64,000 bases of DNA from Phoronis australis (GCA_002633005.1 NMRA01000105.1:186001-250000); one strand, 5' to 3'; positions 14,601-29,380 are shown, counted from the first letter of the stretch. The notes: generated by a model from the letters alone, not told the origin. A program made the numbers and translations.

Positions 14601-17600
14601 TGTTGACAACATTTTATAAAAATATACACTGTACTATCTCTAAATTTGTTCCATTCACAATAATAATTTTCAGGGACTACCTGTCCCTTATGACGAGACG
14701 AGAGCAGTTTTTAAAAACGTATAGCTGTCATTTTGAAAAGTATTTTTCTTATACCTCTTGGCTGTCTGATCTATTGGTGTGCTGCATGAACAACCGTCAA
14801 AGATACAGAAAGCTTGAGCGAATATCGTCGAATAATATCAACATTGAACACTGATGTGTGTTCAACAACTTGTCAACAGGAGGGGCAGCTATCAAATTAT
14901 TCTCATTCACTATAAGAACTTCATTTCACTTATCATCACATCCATAAAATGCTTATCATTTTCGCCTAATAATCTTGTTACAGCATCAACATTATAAGTA
15001 ACTGCTGTTTAGTCCTGGCGCTTATTAGGGCGAATACGGTAACTGCAGCTTAGTCCTATTCCAGACGACATAGGGGAGGGGGGGCCTGACTTCAATCTTT
15101 ATTATTTGTTTTCTTATGTGCTGGGCTTGTCCTTTTCTCCCCCACAAGGCAAACTCCAACTATCTAACAGGCTGAATGAATACATTAATGAAGACATGTA
15201 TCAATTATTTAACTGCTGCTAACTTATAAAAATCCATCGCAGCGTTTTGACCAATTTTTATCGCATTCCTTCCACGAAAGAAGGATTCTCCGCTAATTTT
15301 TCAAAGGGAGTTAAATTTCAGAACCGAAACACGCTAAAAAATTACCAGTTTCCGCCTTTAACATTTCAATTCATTTCAGCCAGAATTTTATTGACATCAC
15401 TAACGCTACAACATTAGAACACTTAATAAAGGGTTTCAAATAATCTAAACAGTACAACCAACACCATCTACATACAAATCCATGTACTAATAAGCTAATT
15501 AAAGTGTAATAATAAATAACACCTATCAGCTATTTGATAGCGCTTCCAAAGTACTCTCTGTGAAGGATTACAGAGAAAATCCTCCAAAGGATAGAATAGC
15601 CTAGACTAACTTTCACTCAGCGTTCCTGACTCAGTTTACAGAGGGGATGCTCATAACATGATTACATTACATGAATTCAAAATTACAAACAAAATGTTGT
15701 GTTTGTATAATTTACTTATTCTCACTTGTTTTACCTTCAACAATGTCAACATCTTAAGAATATCTTTAAAATCGAGTACTGAGGCTGCAAGCGAGGCGTC
15801 TGCATTCCTTGCATTAGTTTATCTATCAAACCACTCTCAGCATTTTTCACATTTCAGGAAATAATCACGTCTTATGCAGGTATTATCGCCAAAGGTATAG
15901 ATTTGCAGTAGCTCGGTTACAACTAAATGTTTCTAAGCCACCAAGATTAAATCCTTAGTACGATAATCCTTCCCCTCTAGCACACAACATGGCTGACATA
16001 TGGATATGCATTTTGTTACATTTCTCAACAAAAATGAAAGTTCTATTAGAATAATAACACATTCCGTCCTGTATAACTGGTCAACTTTTCATCATCACCA
16101 ACACCGTGGTCAGCCCTTGAAAATTAAAAAAATGACCAATTTGGCAATTGTTTTGTGCAAAATAAGTGAAAAATACCAATTTGTTCTGAACATAATCAGG
16201 CATAAAGATAAGGCATCCCCCATCATGACAGCAAGCAGAATTCTCCAACGTGACGCCCGAGTACAAGCAGGATTCACCACCAGAGTAACTAGAGTCATGA
16301 CAGGTATAACGGGTATGACAGGTCATGACACATCACTACCCGTTATGATACTGTATTTTGTCAGATTCCTTTTAAGTGTATTTTACAAGATAATGGCGTA
16401 CAAGATATCACGTTGGAGGTATGTTGCCATAGCTGATACCACGACCTTTACATAACCTTGTGCAAATCATGTTTATACCTGTGATTGTTATATGGAGATT
16501 CGTGATAAGCAAAGGTATTTGAATGAGTGTGTTTGTTTGTCTGATCCGACTAATCGAGATATAATAATACATAGGAACTCTATCATACTAGTTGCACGAA
16601 TTCGCCATCATGCTTGAAAATGAGGCGTTATGTCCAAACTACATTTATGGTTCTGCATGCATGTTTGGAACACGCAAACGTTCAAATTTGCGTTGTTGAA
16701 ATTGATGCTACAATGAGGCAACAACAATCGTTTTTGCAGCATCACCAAGTTAGCAAGCAGTGAATATTCACGCGACTTTACCGTATCAAGGAATCTTTAG
16801 AACCAGGTGTACACAGATTGCTCCAGTGTTTTTAAATACGTTATCTTGCACTTATCTCACTGGTGTATCACACAGTAATAAACATGTTTATCCCCTTATA
16901 CAAGCCTGTACAGTAAACAACTACCGTACTTGTAATAATCTACACCATTATTCATTATTCGCTGTGAGAGATAACGATTCTGCGGGGGGAAAGCTTAACG
17001 ACATGTCACAATATTCTATATGTGATTTCATGCACTGCATTACCGATGTCAAGCACAACGAAATTTGAATATTTTCACTTTTGTTCTGTGAGTTTTGTCG
17101 AGTTCACGTGCTCAATATTAAATGTCCTCGGCAGTTATTTCCCATGTCCAGACCCCTCGTGATATTTGAAAGACAACAACACCCATGCGGTTGGCATCCC
17201 TACGCTGGTGGTTTCTCCAACTCCCACTCAACCTCTAGATACGGAAAATAACACCTCACTGCGTAACAATCTACGTTAATCTGTACCTCAAACACATATT
17301 CAGATTGTTATTTTTCCACAATGAATGATGAAGTCGTATTAGGAGAGGCCTTTTGAGCAATCTATCTTTATTAGCAAATAACCTCCCCCCCCCCAAGCTT
17401 TCCTAGACATTGGATCGCGCGCTGAATTTCATTCTACATAGATTACGTCATCAGCCAAACTCGACCAGGCATTAGCTAGTGAAAGTCCTCGCGATGAGGA
17501 AGCAATGTCCCTCAATTGAAATGCGAGTCCAGTATTAGGTATTAATTCCTTTCCATGACCCTAGTTGGGCTTTGTCCATGCATCACACTCGTACCTAGGT

Positions 17601-18375
17601 TCTTAGGTACTTGCAGTGCATTGTCTGATTGTTGAAATTTGCACCCTTCTGTAAAAGCCGGAATGGTTGACACTACTGACACCACTGTCAAGTCGGAGAA
17701 AAATGAGCCACGCTCAACAACTGTCACCAATCAGGTTGTATTTTAATATGCTTTCATGGAAAACACAAAAAGATTGATAAGATTGCCTGATCCATATCGC
17801 ACCAAATGTCTAAAATAAACAGCAGCCATCTAGAATTTCAAATAGAAAGCGTAGTCAGCTGCAGAGGATTTTCTATCCAGCTTCAAATGACTAATCTGAA
17901 AATATGACAAACAGCAGACCACGGCATCCTCCCAATAGCTTGAATCGCATTATTAAATGCAATCTTGGTAAGCCTTGGTCGCCTTATTGCAAAAACCTCG
18001 GTAACTATAGGTGAACATTTAGATGATTGTAGAAGGGGTACTTTGAAATTTAAGAGTTGTCCACTAATCTAATATTAAATGGCTTTCCCATTGAGTCAAA
18101 TCCAATACTAAATGTAAACAGCAAAGTTTGATGTTAAGCTTCACCATAATGATTACTTTCATTGCCCAGTAAAGACGGGATCTATGGAGATATTGTAAGG
18201 TAGTGCTGCTGTTTTAAAACTTTTTAAGTTTTAAGTACATATATTTTTAAACATGAAATGTTTGGAGAAGCTATATAATTTCCATTTATATAGCTTCTTC
18301 TCGTCTATCATTAGATAAAGGAACAACTCATCCTAGACAAAGTGAGTGCTCCCTCTGTTGATGCATTTCATCATA

Positions 18376-18724
18376 NNNNNNNNNNNNNNNNNNNNNNNNN
18401 NNNNNNNNNNNNNNNNNNNNNNNNNNNNNNNNNNNNNNNNNNNNNNNNNNNNNNNNNNNNNNNNNNNNNNNNNNNNNNNNNNNNNNNNNNNNNNNNNNNN
18501 NNNNNNNNNNNNNNNNNNNNNNNNNNNNNNNNNNNNNNNNNNNNNNNNNNNNNNNNNNNNNNNNNNNNNNNNNNNNNNNNNNNNNNNNNNNNNNNNNNNN
18601 NNNNNNNNNNNNNNNNNNNNNNNNNNNNNNNNNNNNNNNNNNNNNNNNNNNNNNNNNNNNNNNNNNNNNNNNNNNNNNNNNNNNNNNNNNNNNNNNNNNN
18701 NNNNNNNNNNNNNNNNNNNNNNNN
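18376..18724. other. Assembly gap
   Basis: Run of N. Confidence 1.
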
Positions 18725-18919
18725 GTCCCCACATTACCATGTACACCAAGACTGGTCCCCACATTACCATGTACACACAGACTCAGGTCCCAACATTATC
18801 ATGTACACACAGACTGGTCCCCACATTACCATGTACACCAAGACTGGTCCCTACATTACCATGTACACCAAGACTGGTCCCCACATTACCATGTACACCA
18901 AGACTGGTCCCCACATTAC
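18725..18919. repeat. 30-bp minisatellite abutting an assembly gap
   Basis: Unit GTCCCCACATTACCATGTACACCAAGACTG, at least 6 copies. It probably caused the gap at 18376-18724. Confidence 0.95.
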
Positions 18920-18984
18920 AACTCAGTACGTGTGTGATGGTGGCTTTCAACATAATCTTGGACCAGCACCTAAATCGGAGGCTT

Positions 18985-19492
18985 TTCATATTGGCGCTAT
19001 TTAGAGTAATGGGAATATGAAATTGACTTCCGACTGATCCAGACTCAGATTTGGTGGACAGAAATTCAAATATCATAGTGGTTTATTAATTTAAAAGCCG
19101 AGGAATAAATGCCACTAGCATTCCCTCCCATCACTCGATTTTATTAGTTTAAGTTCACTAATTAATTTTAGAATCGAAATCCTCACGTTTACCAGCTGTA
19201 CCCACTCCCTTTGTCAGCAAACACTTCATGCGGTGGGTAATGTATGAAACATGACGACCTTTCTCATCCATTGATTTTTCAAAAGGTATTAGTACATCCC
19301 ACCCCACAGCAGTGGAAATTTGTCGACATTATAATAGCAGGAAGGGCCTTTTACACTCGTGGGTTGAAACCTCCCATTCCCATTACATGGGATCTGTAGG
19401 TGGCGCTGAATGCCTGTCCACCAAAGACCTGATCGCCATCTGGTGGTATAGTGAATTTCAAAATGGCGCGGCTATTTCGAAAGTCAGCTATT
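18985..19492 (+). repeat. Dispersed repeat (non-autonomous DNA element ending AGCTATT), copy A
   Basis: Colinear similarity to 47762-48343, e.g. GTTGAAACCTCCC..CATTACAT..CTGAATGCCTGTCCACCAAAGAC..GCGGCTATTTCGAA. Left end approximate. Confidence 0.7.
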
Positions 19493-20198
19493 AGAAAGAC
19501 TGTTTTGTTTGAGTGGTTGCTTATATCTGTGGTGATAAAGTCACTGGCATAACACTGAATGTCAAACCCTCAGTTATGTAGGGTAAGATCTTACCTATTT
19601 TGTACAATGATAAATGTCAAAAATTGATCTTTTTCATTCATCAAAGTCTATCAACATTGTCCACAATTTCTCAAAACCATTCGAATTGTTTGATGGTAGC
19701 CATGACATAGAAGTTAAAAACTATATTTAAAATATTTGCCTGGGGTTACTTATTTTTACAAAAAAAAAACAAAAACAAGATTTCCCACGTATGTCGCACT
19801 ATGAAGTAAAATTAGTCATATTTTACCGCAAACATTAGCACCTATAGTATGCATGTGCAGGCAGACGACATGAGCCCATCTTAGGTAAGAGCTTGTCTGG
19901 GAGTCACAGGCCTGCCTCATCTGCAGACTACAACCATAAAGAAATTCAACCCTTCAAGCAGAAGCTTTGTGTTTTGTATTCCTAACCCAAACACAATCAA
20001 TTGAGGGTATTAGATTAATATACACAGAGTAATGTTCATTTTATTAGGGGCTTGAAAAGCTCAAATAGACACATGAAGGTCATAGGTCACAGTTAGTTAA
20101 TACAAAGGCCTTAGGCAGCACCACACAACACTGAGGACTGATTGTTAACAAAATATATAAAGTCAACAAGCAAAACACACTGTGCATTGTGGGCCCTG

Positions 20199-21167
20199 GT
20201 GATTGTTGGGACACTGTCACAGTCAATAACACTGACAATCAAACCAAATAATGACTCTTGATTGAAACATGGGTTGACAGTTCAAACTCAAAGGTGATTT
20301 AGAAACCCTGGATGGTGGTGCGTTAAAGAAAATAGACCATAATGTGGTAGGTTTAGGTTTCAGGAGGTAACTCGAGCCAGAGCCTTACATTTTTATTTCA
20401 TAAACTTTTGGACCTGTCTCAGGGAATAAAAGACAAAAAGACAAACATGACCAGGCAAACAATTGCTTTTTGTTCATCGGATTGGACTCAGCAGGCTGGA
20501 CAATACAGCTTCAGGTAAACAGCTTTCTCCAAAGAATGGTATAGGCTCAGGAGTCAACTATGGAAGGTAATACAATACCTCAGATATCACCTCTGGTGGA
20601 TCCAGACTTCCTGACTTACTGGCATTGCTCCAGGTGTTTTCATATACCTTTTTATGATCCTAATTTGTAATCTGGGTTAAGCNGTGATTGTTGGGACACT
20701 GTCACAGTCAATAACACTGACAATCAAACCAAATAATGACTCTTGATTGAAACATGGGTTGACAGTTCAAACTCAAAGGTGATTTAGAAACCCTGGATGG
20801 TGGTGCGTTAAAGAAAATAGACCATAATGTGGTAGGTTTAGGTTTCAGGAGGTAACTCGAGCCAGAGCCTTACATTTATATTTCATAAACTTTTGGACCT
20901 GTCTCAGGGAATAAAAGACAAAAAGACAAACATGACCAGGCAAACAATTGCTTTTTGTTCATCGGATTGGACTCAGCAGGCTGGACAATACAACTTCAGG
21001 TAAACAGCTTTCTCCAAAGAATGATATAGGCTCAGGAGTCAACTATGGAAGGTAATACAATAACTCAGATATCACCTCTGGTGGATCCAGACTTCCTGAC
21101 TTACTGGCATTGCTTCAGGTGTTTTCATATACCTTTTTATGATCCTAATTTGTAATCTGGGTTAAGC
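20199..21167. repeat. 484-bp direct duplication split by a single n (probable assembly or haplotype overlap)
   Basis: 20199-20682 and 20684-21167 are near-identical, with about 5 substitutions seen by eye. Confidence 0.9.
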
Positions 21168-24100
21168 TCATCCATGGAAGTTAGCCTTTCTTATGTGAAT
21201 GAGGACACGACTGATTCATGAAACTGGGTGGGGCTTCCTTCCACATAATGGGTAGGAACCACCACATATTTGAATTCCAAATAATACAATAGTACCTGGG
21301 TATCTGAAATACAACAATACCATGCGATGGCCAACTGCAGACAAAACTATTTCCTTCAATCCTCCCCCCTCCACCCCCCCATCCCCACAATACTGGCAAT
21401 TCTATAGACACCCGAGACAATACCTAGACATTGGTAGCTTTTCCCAATGTAATGTTCACAAAGAAGCGCCCCTATCCCTGGTATGAAACCCCATCGCTCC
21501 CTCTGGCCCCCATTTTCAATTCATCAACCATAAAGTTCCATTCAGAAAGAACTGCCTGCCTGACCATACAAACAGCATGCACACACCTGACTGGATATCA
21601 ACTTCACCTGTCAATCAGCCACTCCATAAGGCACACACAACAATTGCATGGACAGTTACACCTGAAATTCTGCACTCTCTTGGGGACTGTCCATTTGTAA
21701 ATATTTGGGTCAACCACTGTTGAGTGGCAGCTCCTGATGCCATCAGCTGATTGTTACAAGTAATAGCAGGCTATTATTAGCTGGGAAAATAAATGGCCCA
21801 CAATGAGAAATGCAGAAACTACTGGTGGCTGTAAAAGGTCAGCAAAGGATTCTTTTTTTCTCAGATGAAGTTATTGTCTCTATCTCAGGCTACCCAAACA
21901 ACACAACTCATGCACTCATCAACATAGCTACGCACTCATGAACACGGCTCACAGACCAGAAAACTCAGTTCACCGACTCATAACCAACCCCGCACTCACA
22001 AAGTACCGCTTACGCACTCCAAAAACATGGCTCTAGTACATTTAAGTATGGCTCGAAGACCTCGATCTGCTAATTTTGTTTTATTTATATTTCCAAACTG
22101 GAACCATGTTTAAAAATACACATCTATTAGCAGATTGAAAAACTGTTTATAATCTCTGGTAAAGTACTGGTAATTTGCATGGACTTCTCTAAAAGAACAG
22201 AATTCAAGCCACGGCAATAAAAGCAACAGTTTTATTTCTTTGAAATATTTTCCAGTCAGCTTAGCTGTTCCATCTAGAAAGCACATTCTCGACTAAGGAG
22301 TGTATAAATTTCCTTGTGCGAAAATGAACGCAGCAGTTCGGATACTGACACGGTAAAACCATATCTGTGAGCAAGTTTGACATAAGCCGCATTCATAAGA
22401 GAGACAGTTGTCAGGGTGTCAATGGTCACGGTGCGACTTGCTCCACTTTAGTTGCAATTACACGACATTAGATGGCAAACTGGATCGGCAGGACTCACTT
22501 ACACAAAGACTGTCTGCGCATGCTCCCATAAACAATAGCGAACATCCAAACCACAGGGAATGGCAGCCGATCATTCGTATAGGCGCTATTGTACAAGCGT
22601 ATTAAAGGATGATCTTTTTCCGTCCTGCTCCAGTTGTGTTTAGACAATGTAATTGACACTGGAGCAACTGGTAGAGTGCAACTCGCTCTACCTTTCAAAC
22701 CGGTCTCAAAAATGGCCACCACGGAGTCAACTTGCTCCGTGTCAGTTGTGTTTACACTCAAACTTCCAACCAATCAGCTGTTCCTGTGTTAGTTACTCTG
22801 TGACAACTGTCTCTCGCGTAAATGCAACTATAGATTCAGACAGTTGTTCCCAAAGTTGTCCATGGTCACGTGATGTCACCAATACGAGAGAGGCTTTAGT
22901 TTGTAAACGTTCACCACTCTGCACACTGTGGGCACCAGAAAGTGTTCATTTTGCCCACGAGCCATTTTGTTTAGAAAGTTTGTATCCAGATGGTCTTTTA
23001 AATCGACTGAAAGTTTTTGTGAAAAAATGTGACTTCACAACAGAGGGTAGGTCATGTTGGTTTCTGACATAAGTAATGTCAAAAAACGACATCAACCAAA
23101 TTTATCCATTGGCAATGTTTTGTGCAGAGTGCGTGTAACCATAAGTTTCTTCAAGAACACTTCAGTTTTTACCCAAGCAACATGTTAACATCTGCACAGT
23201 GGGGGTCTAACTACAAACACACATGTGGCGGCAGTATCACCTTATATTAACTTATGGAAACAATTTGTAATGTTGTCAAAAACACACAGTTCTTTAAGGC
23301 CAACTTTAAGCCCACAATGAGGCGTTTTGATAACAAAGGAAGAAGGCACTGGTTTAATTAGAGCATACAGTTCAAACAAGGCCAGTAAACATGGATCTAA
23401 GGAAACTGACATTACTAAGGCTATGTCGCTATGGTAACCATTTCACAAAGCCATTCTGCACATGGGTGGTCACAAAATTTGCTTACAGCAATTCATTTTT
23501 TTCGCACAAAAACAATTGCAAATTTTTCATTGTTCGAAGACTGGTGGTTTTACTATATCTAATTGAAAAGTTGTTTTTGACATCTATACAATACAAACTG
23601 TAATCAAAGTTTCTTAATCTTAATTTCTGTCAAGAAATTTGACAAAATAGGATTTCATTGTTGACCATATTGTATGCTCAATATGTGAAGAATCATTGCA
23701 CATGAACAGAAATGTGCCAGCACTTTAATACTGTAGTATTCTCAAACATTTAGAAAACACTTAATTTTCACTCTCTGAATTTCTATTTCACCAGACAACT
23801 AAAAAAACCGGGACACCTTAACAGGCATTATTTTAAAACACCTCAATAATGCTGACACACCATTTCAGATGGTGGACAATTATGGTCTGATGAATTCTGC
23901 CACAAGTACAGGCCAGACGGTCACAGACAATCAGTTAAATGGACAATTACCCCTACTGTATGGTTCCAGATGTCTTACAACAAACCTTGAGTGTCTGCAG
24001 AAACCTTAACCTTCCCAAGTTTACCAGGATTGGGAACAGTTGGTGTGTGCAACAAAATGGTGCATTTAAAACCTTATTTTTCAAGAAGTTCCTTAATAAA

Positions 24101-25762
24101 TCGATTTGATAGTGCTTGGCACAATAAACTGAAATTCACCTAGTTTACCAGTGTGAACAGCTGGTGTTGGCAAGCGATGATTGCAACAGTATTTTTCAAG
24201 ATGTTCCTCAGCAGACTTAGTTCCAGCACTACGTTGTACTGTGGGTTCACTCCCATTATGAAGTTTCTCAACACAGTAAGAACAGTTGGTACCGGCAACA
24301 AATGATGCACTGGAGTTTCATTTTTCAAGACGGATGTTTTACAACACACCCTTGTTCTTGTACTACTATCAATACATGTATCACTATCAATACGCCTATC
24401 ACTAAGTTTCTCAGACAGTGGACCTGTTGGTACTGGCAACAACTAATGTTTACAAACTTGGAATAATTCTCATGGCCTGGGAAACAAGGGTCAAAGGATT
24501 TCCAGGACATAAAGTAACAAGTTCAAACTGTTTAACTAAACTTTAAGACAGAAAGTGAACTAAGACATCACTTCTCCATTACATGTTTTTTCCTGAATTC
24601 AAGAGGCGCTTAAGTTCTGCCAATAGCTCAATGGCATAACTCACATGTTACCACCTCTACAAGGTGTTCTCAAGTCCCCACGTTATTCTCAATAATATTG
24701 TTCCACGATTTTACCTTAACAGTGTCGTAACCGCAGTTGTACGTAGAATACTTGCAATGTCCTGGCGAAAAGATAAGAGTCTCCTTGTGCCAATATTTCT
24801 AATATCATTTGAATCAACATGAAATAATTATTGATGTATATTACTATCTTGCATTATAAATTACGCTGAATAACCTGAAAACAAAAACTAAATCATTTGT
24901 TTGAGACACACGTCATGCTCTATATGTCTGCAGGGGATAAATTTTCCTTTTTGTGGGAATCGAAACTTGAGACCAGGCATGCAAAAGCCCAACTAGATGC
25001 CAGACACAACAATCCTATGACCCCAGGCATGGGTGTATACAAAAGCCCAGTGACAGTCTACACTGGGCAGGTACACATGCAATTAACCCCTCAAGTAGAA
25101 GGCATGGACTCTGGTCTTCTTAAAAACCACCTGTCACATCTCTTCAGTAGAGGAGTGCTGCAATGAATGAGCAGAATGCTTCAAGAGTAGCTGGCCTTTA
25201 GCCAATTACTATCCACACTAAGTAACAAAGAGGTCATCCAATTAATCAAAAATCCATCATTGCTAATCTGCTTGTGCCCTTGATTCAGTTTCTTATGCTG
25301 GAACCAATTTCTTCTCACTGCCTCATCATCAATGCCACACTGCTTTCTACAGAATGGTTCCCATTGTCTCGGTTTAGACTTGAATGCTGATTTTTCTAAA
25401 TAATACATTTACTTATTTATAACCAACTCATATATTACGGTACTCAACCAAGTTAACACCCTGGGAACTTTTAATTTAAGAACTCAAAATTAGGGGGTGG
25501 GCGTTAACATGGGGTGGGCGTTAGCATGGGGTGGGAATTTATTTGAAACGCCAATGAATTCAGTTACATACTAATGCTCAACTTCGGTAAATACGTCGGA
25601 CTCACATGCAAGAGTCAAAAACAGAGTAGGAAAGTAGGGATATCCTCAAGCCCAATTAAGCCAGGGTGCAGCTGAAACTATAGTCCAGTCCACATACGGC
25701 CGGCCTACCGTAGTACAACTTGCACTAGTGCAACTTACCTCACTTTTAAGTGGAGTGTCTAC

Positions 25763-25791
25763 GCACACACACACACACACACACAAACACA
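25763..25791. repeat. (CA)n microsatellite
   Basis: Direct reading. Confidence 0.9.
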
Positions 25792-27498
25792 TATCTGAAA
25801 ACTAGGGCAAGGCAGAAGTTGTCGCTCTTTGCGTGACAATGAACACTTAATACGAGTACAGCGAGAAAAAGAAAACCTATCTGTATATAACTGCAGGTGA
25901 TAATTACTTATACTTACGTCTTGCCTAAAGTTTGTGGCCACACAGGAATTAGAAGTGGTGCAAGTTACCCTAGAACAAGTTACTCCACCTCGGTGGAGTT
26001 AGTTGTCACAAGTTGCATTAGTGTCCACACAGCTTACAAACCTAGCCACAACTCAGTCCAGGAGTAACTTGTTCTAGGGCAAGTCTGTGTGTGGACAGCA
26101 CTTATAACCGATTGTCAATCACAGGTAGCTAGCTTTCATTCATTTTGGCGTGATACTGGCATAGCCAACGACAGAAGTGCTTTCAGTGAATTGGGTGGTA
26201 AGCCGATCATGGGCGTTTAAGATTAAAAATTTGGAATTTTTTCAACAGTGCCTTAACCCAAACATGGGCGTTAAGCTGTTAACCCTGACGAGTATGGTAT
26301 TTACATAGCAGCTTCATAGTTTTGGACTTTCAATTAGTGCCCGTTTCTAAGGTTTGTATTTGTATATTCTGATGCTGCCTATTAGATCTTTGAAAATTAT
26401 ATATCTCATTGTTAAACTCTCTTTTAGGGTATTTTTCATGTTAGTAGTGTGTTATATTATATTATTAAAATAATTTTGTTTTACATACTTATTCTATTTT
26501 AAAAGACGCATAAAAAACAACAGAGTTATTGAAGAAATCCCACAGCGCAACTTTTATGTCAACATAAAATTTCAGTTCATTTCCAAATTTAAAGTGAACA
26601 AATAAGACACTATTACTTCCAGCTGCTATGTCTCAGTTCAATTCAGGACAGCCAAATTCAACAATACTATGGCCCAGTGTGGTTATTTAAATTTCTTCAA
26701 TACTTCTACAAAGACACAATTTCATACAACGGAAAGTTTCATCATGGCCGAAATTTTTGTTTCAATGACGTCAAGAAGATTTTCATGTCAAGGAGCAAAC
26801 TTTGACATCAACAAAACCAATCTGTCATTTTAGCGACCATGCAAACATTTTTTACAAAAACTTTCAAAAATCAAAAAGTGTTAGTGTCCTCTAGGAGTTG
26901 TAGTAATTTAGGATATTGTCTTTATTTAGACAAGAATACCAAGTGAATTTTGCCATCACCTCAGTATCTTCAAAGTTCAAGAAAAGAAATTAAAACGAAA
27001 GAATAACTCATTTGCATGAATCCATGCAAGTTTCAGTCAAACAGGACAGCTGCTTCAAATGTGAATCCGTCCTTTAGAATGTGTGAAATGCGATTGAAGA
27101 GAACTCTTTCGCAAAACGAAAATTGTCAAAAACATGTGTTATCCCCATATAAGCACAAAGCCATCAGCTATACAAACAACAGGTGGCCTGGAGGTGGCTT
27201 CAACAGCTCAAATTCATGGACAGCTTGAGTTTTATTTTTAACTGGCCAAGTCACAAGGTACAACAAATCCAGGAAGTGGTTGGCAGATGGCTAAGACATG
27301 AACATGTTCAATATTGCAGAGTGACAAGTAAGGTGTCATGTGACCTGTAATTACAAAATGATAGACAGCAAAATGGCCCGTGATGCAAAATAACCATTAG
27401 ACTGGAAAAAATAGATACTTGAATAGCATTACAACTTTCATAACATTCACTCGCTTTTAAACTTTAATTCCACACATCCTATTTTTCTCCAATGTACG

Positions 27499-27860
27499 AT
27501 ACCCTTTCTACACTTCATTTATAAAATACCCAGTTACTACTTGGTTCACATAATACCCTTTCCACACTTCATTTATAACATACCCAGTTACTACTATGTT
27601 TACACAATACCCTTTCCACACTTCATTTATAACATACCCAGTTACTACTTGGTTCACATAATACCCTTTCCACACTTCATTTATAACATACCCAGTTACT
27701 ACTATGTTTACACAATACCCTTTCCACACTTCATTTATAAAATACCCAGTTACTACTATGTTTACACAATACCCTTTCCACACTTCATTTATAACATTCC
27801 CAGTTACTACTTGGTTCACACAATGCCCCTTCTACACCTTATTTATAGCATGCCCAGTTA
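27499..27860. repeat. 54-bp minisatellite x~6.5
   Basis: Unit TACCCTTTCCACACTTCATTTATAACATACCCAGTTACTACT(ATGTTT/TGGTTC)ACAyAA. Confidence 0.95.
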
Positions 27861-28667
27861 GAACGTTCACACCGGGAATAGATTGTATTTGCATCTAAAA
27901 GCATGTTCAGGTATACCCGTACAGCTAAGATCTGACTTATATGTCCCCAGTTGTAAATTGATACACATTCTTGCCATCATTTTAGAACTAAAATAATTGC
28001 TCAGATGCCCATTTTCATTTTTCATAGGTTTCATAGCTACTAACCTCAAAATTTAATGCAGCGACCTAGTTACAATGAACCGCATGGAAATATCGAAAAC
28101 ATACGTTGACAGTAACAGAGGTTATTCGCTGAAATCAAATCAACGTTTTAGAGAAAATAAAAAACATCAAATATCAGTATAGGTGGCTTTAAATAGGTAG
28201 AAATACACTGTGTATGTCAAAATATACTATTTACATTTAACAGTAACACTGCACAAGTCCAAGATGTTTCAAAAAAATTGCAAACGCTGTTTCAGTGATA
28301 CTTCGGTTACAGAGTACCCAACAGACATAAATTTCAGACAAAAATAATTACCAGAATTCTTGCCTTTTATTTCCAACGGCATCTAACACAGTTGTAAATG
28401 CTCAGAGTGTCTAGTTGCAATTCATTACAAACATACATTCTCCTCCATTCTATGCCTTATGAAGACAGGAAAAGGTTGCAGGGGCAACTTTTTACACGAA
28501 TCATCAAGTCTATTTTCTAATTCTGTTGACAAAAAAAGCAGTGTCCGAAATTTGAGGAATGTGAAGAACGTTAAATCAACTACGTACTAATCTTCAGAAT
28601 CAAGAAAAGTCAATTTCTACTTGAATTTCCGTCTCCAAATTTCAAAGACTGTCCCAAACTATAGAAG

Positions 28668-29380
28668 TTTTTTTTTCAGGGATTTATTGTCATTTATAAA
28701 CAAGTACAAAAAACAAACACACAAATAAGTACATCTATTCATTCACGCATGCACACCCCAGGTGAGACCAATTCTCGTATCTCGCGTAATGTAAACAACT
28801 GCTACATGGAGTTATTGTGAACAGTAAAATTTTCCCATTTCCCAGAGAAGCTGTCTATACAAATTTTTTTACAAGCAATTAATTTTTCAGCATTATAGTA
28901 CTCATAAGTATATGTAACAAACTTGTGAAAATTAGGTATATTTTCTTGACATCTCTCGTTGTTTGGCAAGTAGAAGCAAAATGTTAAATAGAAAACCGTG
29001 CGTCTCATTAAGTCCAAGAATAACACGTTCCTAAGAGGGACAGTTGCGAAGCTGAATGACACACTTTTGAAGTAGCTTTACGAATTCCTACCAGAAATCT
29101 TGTACAAGGCGACATTCTCAAAAAAAGTGTGACAGCGTCTCTGGAGTTTTATTACAAAAGGAACATAAATTAGAATCCCGAACACGAATTTTGACAAAAA
29201 AGATATTTGTTGCACTAATCCTGTGTAGTATTCTAAATTGAACCATCTAATATTTGTATCCTGTGTAATTTCATAAGGCAATACGTATATTTTCTTCCAA
29301 TCTAAACTATCTCCTAACTCTATTTCCCATTTACACTCCGAGTTAGAAGGTTTCTTAAAGGAGAATGCCACCCGATTTAA
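28668..29380 (-). mobile_element. 5'-truncated, decayed L1/Tx1-clade non-LTR retrotransposon (ORF2 C-terminus, 3' UTR, A tail)
   Basis: Reads KWEIELGDSLDWKKIYVLPYEITQDTNIRW, then a frameshift, then QFRILHRISATNIFFVKIRVRDSNLCSFCNKTPETLSHFF*ECRLVQDFW (zf-RVT CxxC..H..C). It ends ...FSGKW. AATAAA at 28688-28683 and A9 at 28676-28668. Confidence 0.85.

Noticed and set aside
16000-16455. 151-aa ORF
   Set aside because: No recognisable domain; contains short internal repeats and is likely a chance frame in repeat DNA.
18328-19020. Long ORFs of 144-224 aa (also 58652-59233)
   Set aside because: Artefacts of reading through N gaps. Only 59094-59128 is taken as real coding sequence.
27508-27898. Repetitive ORFs and a CRISPR-like look of the tandem arrays (also 18725-18919 and 31711-31866)
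   Set aside because: Head-to-tail units with no unique spacers, no cas genes and a eukaryotic context. These are minisatellites.
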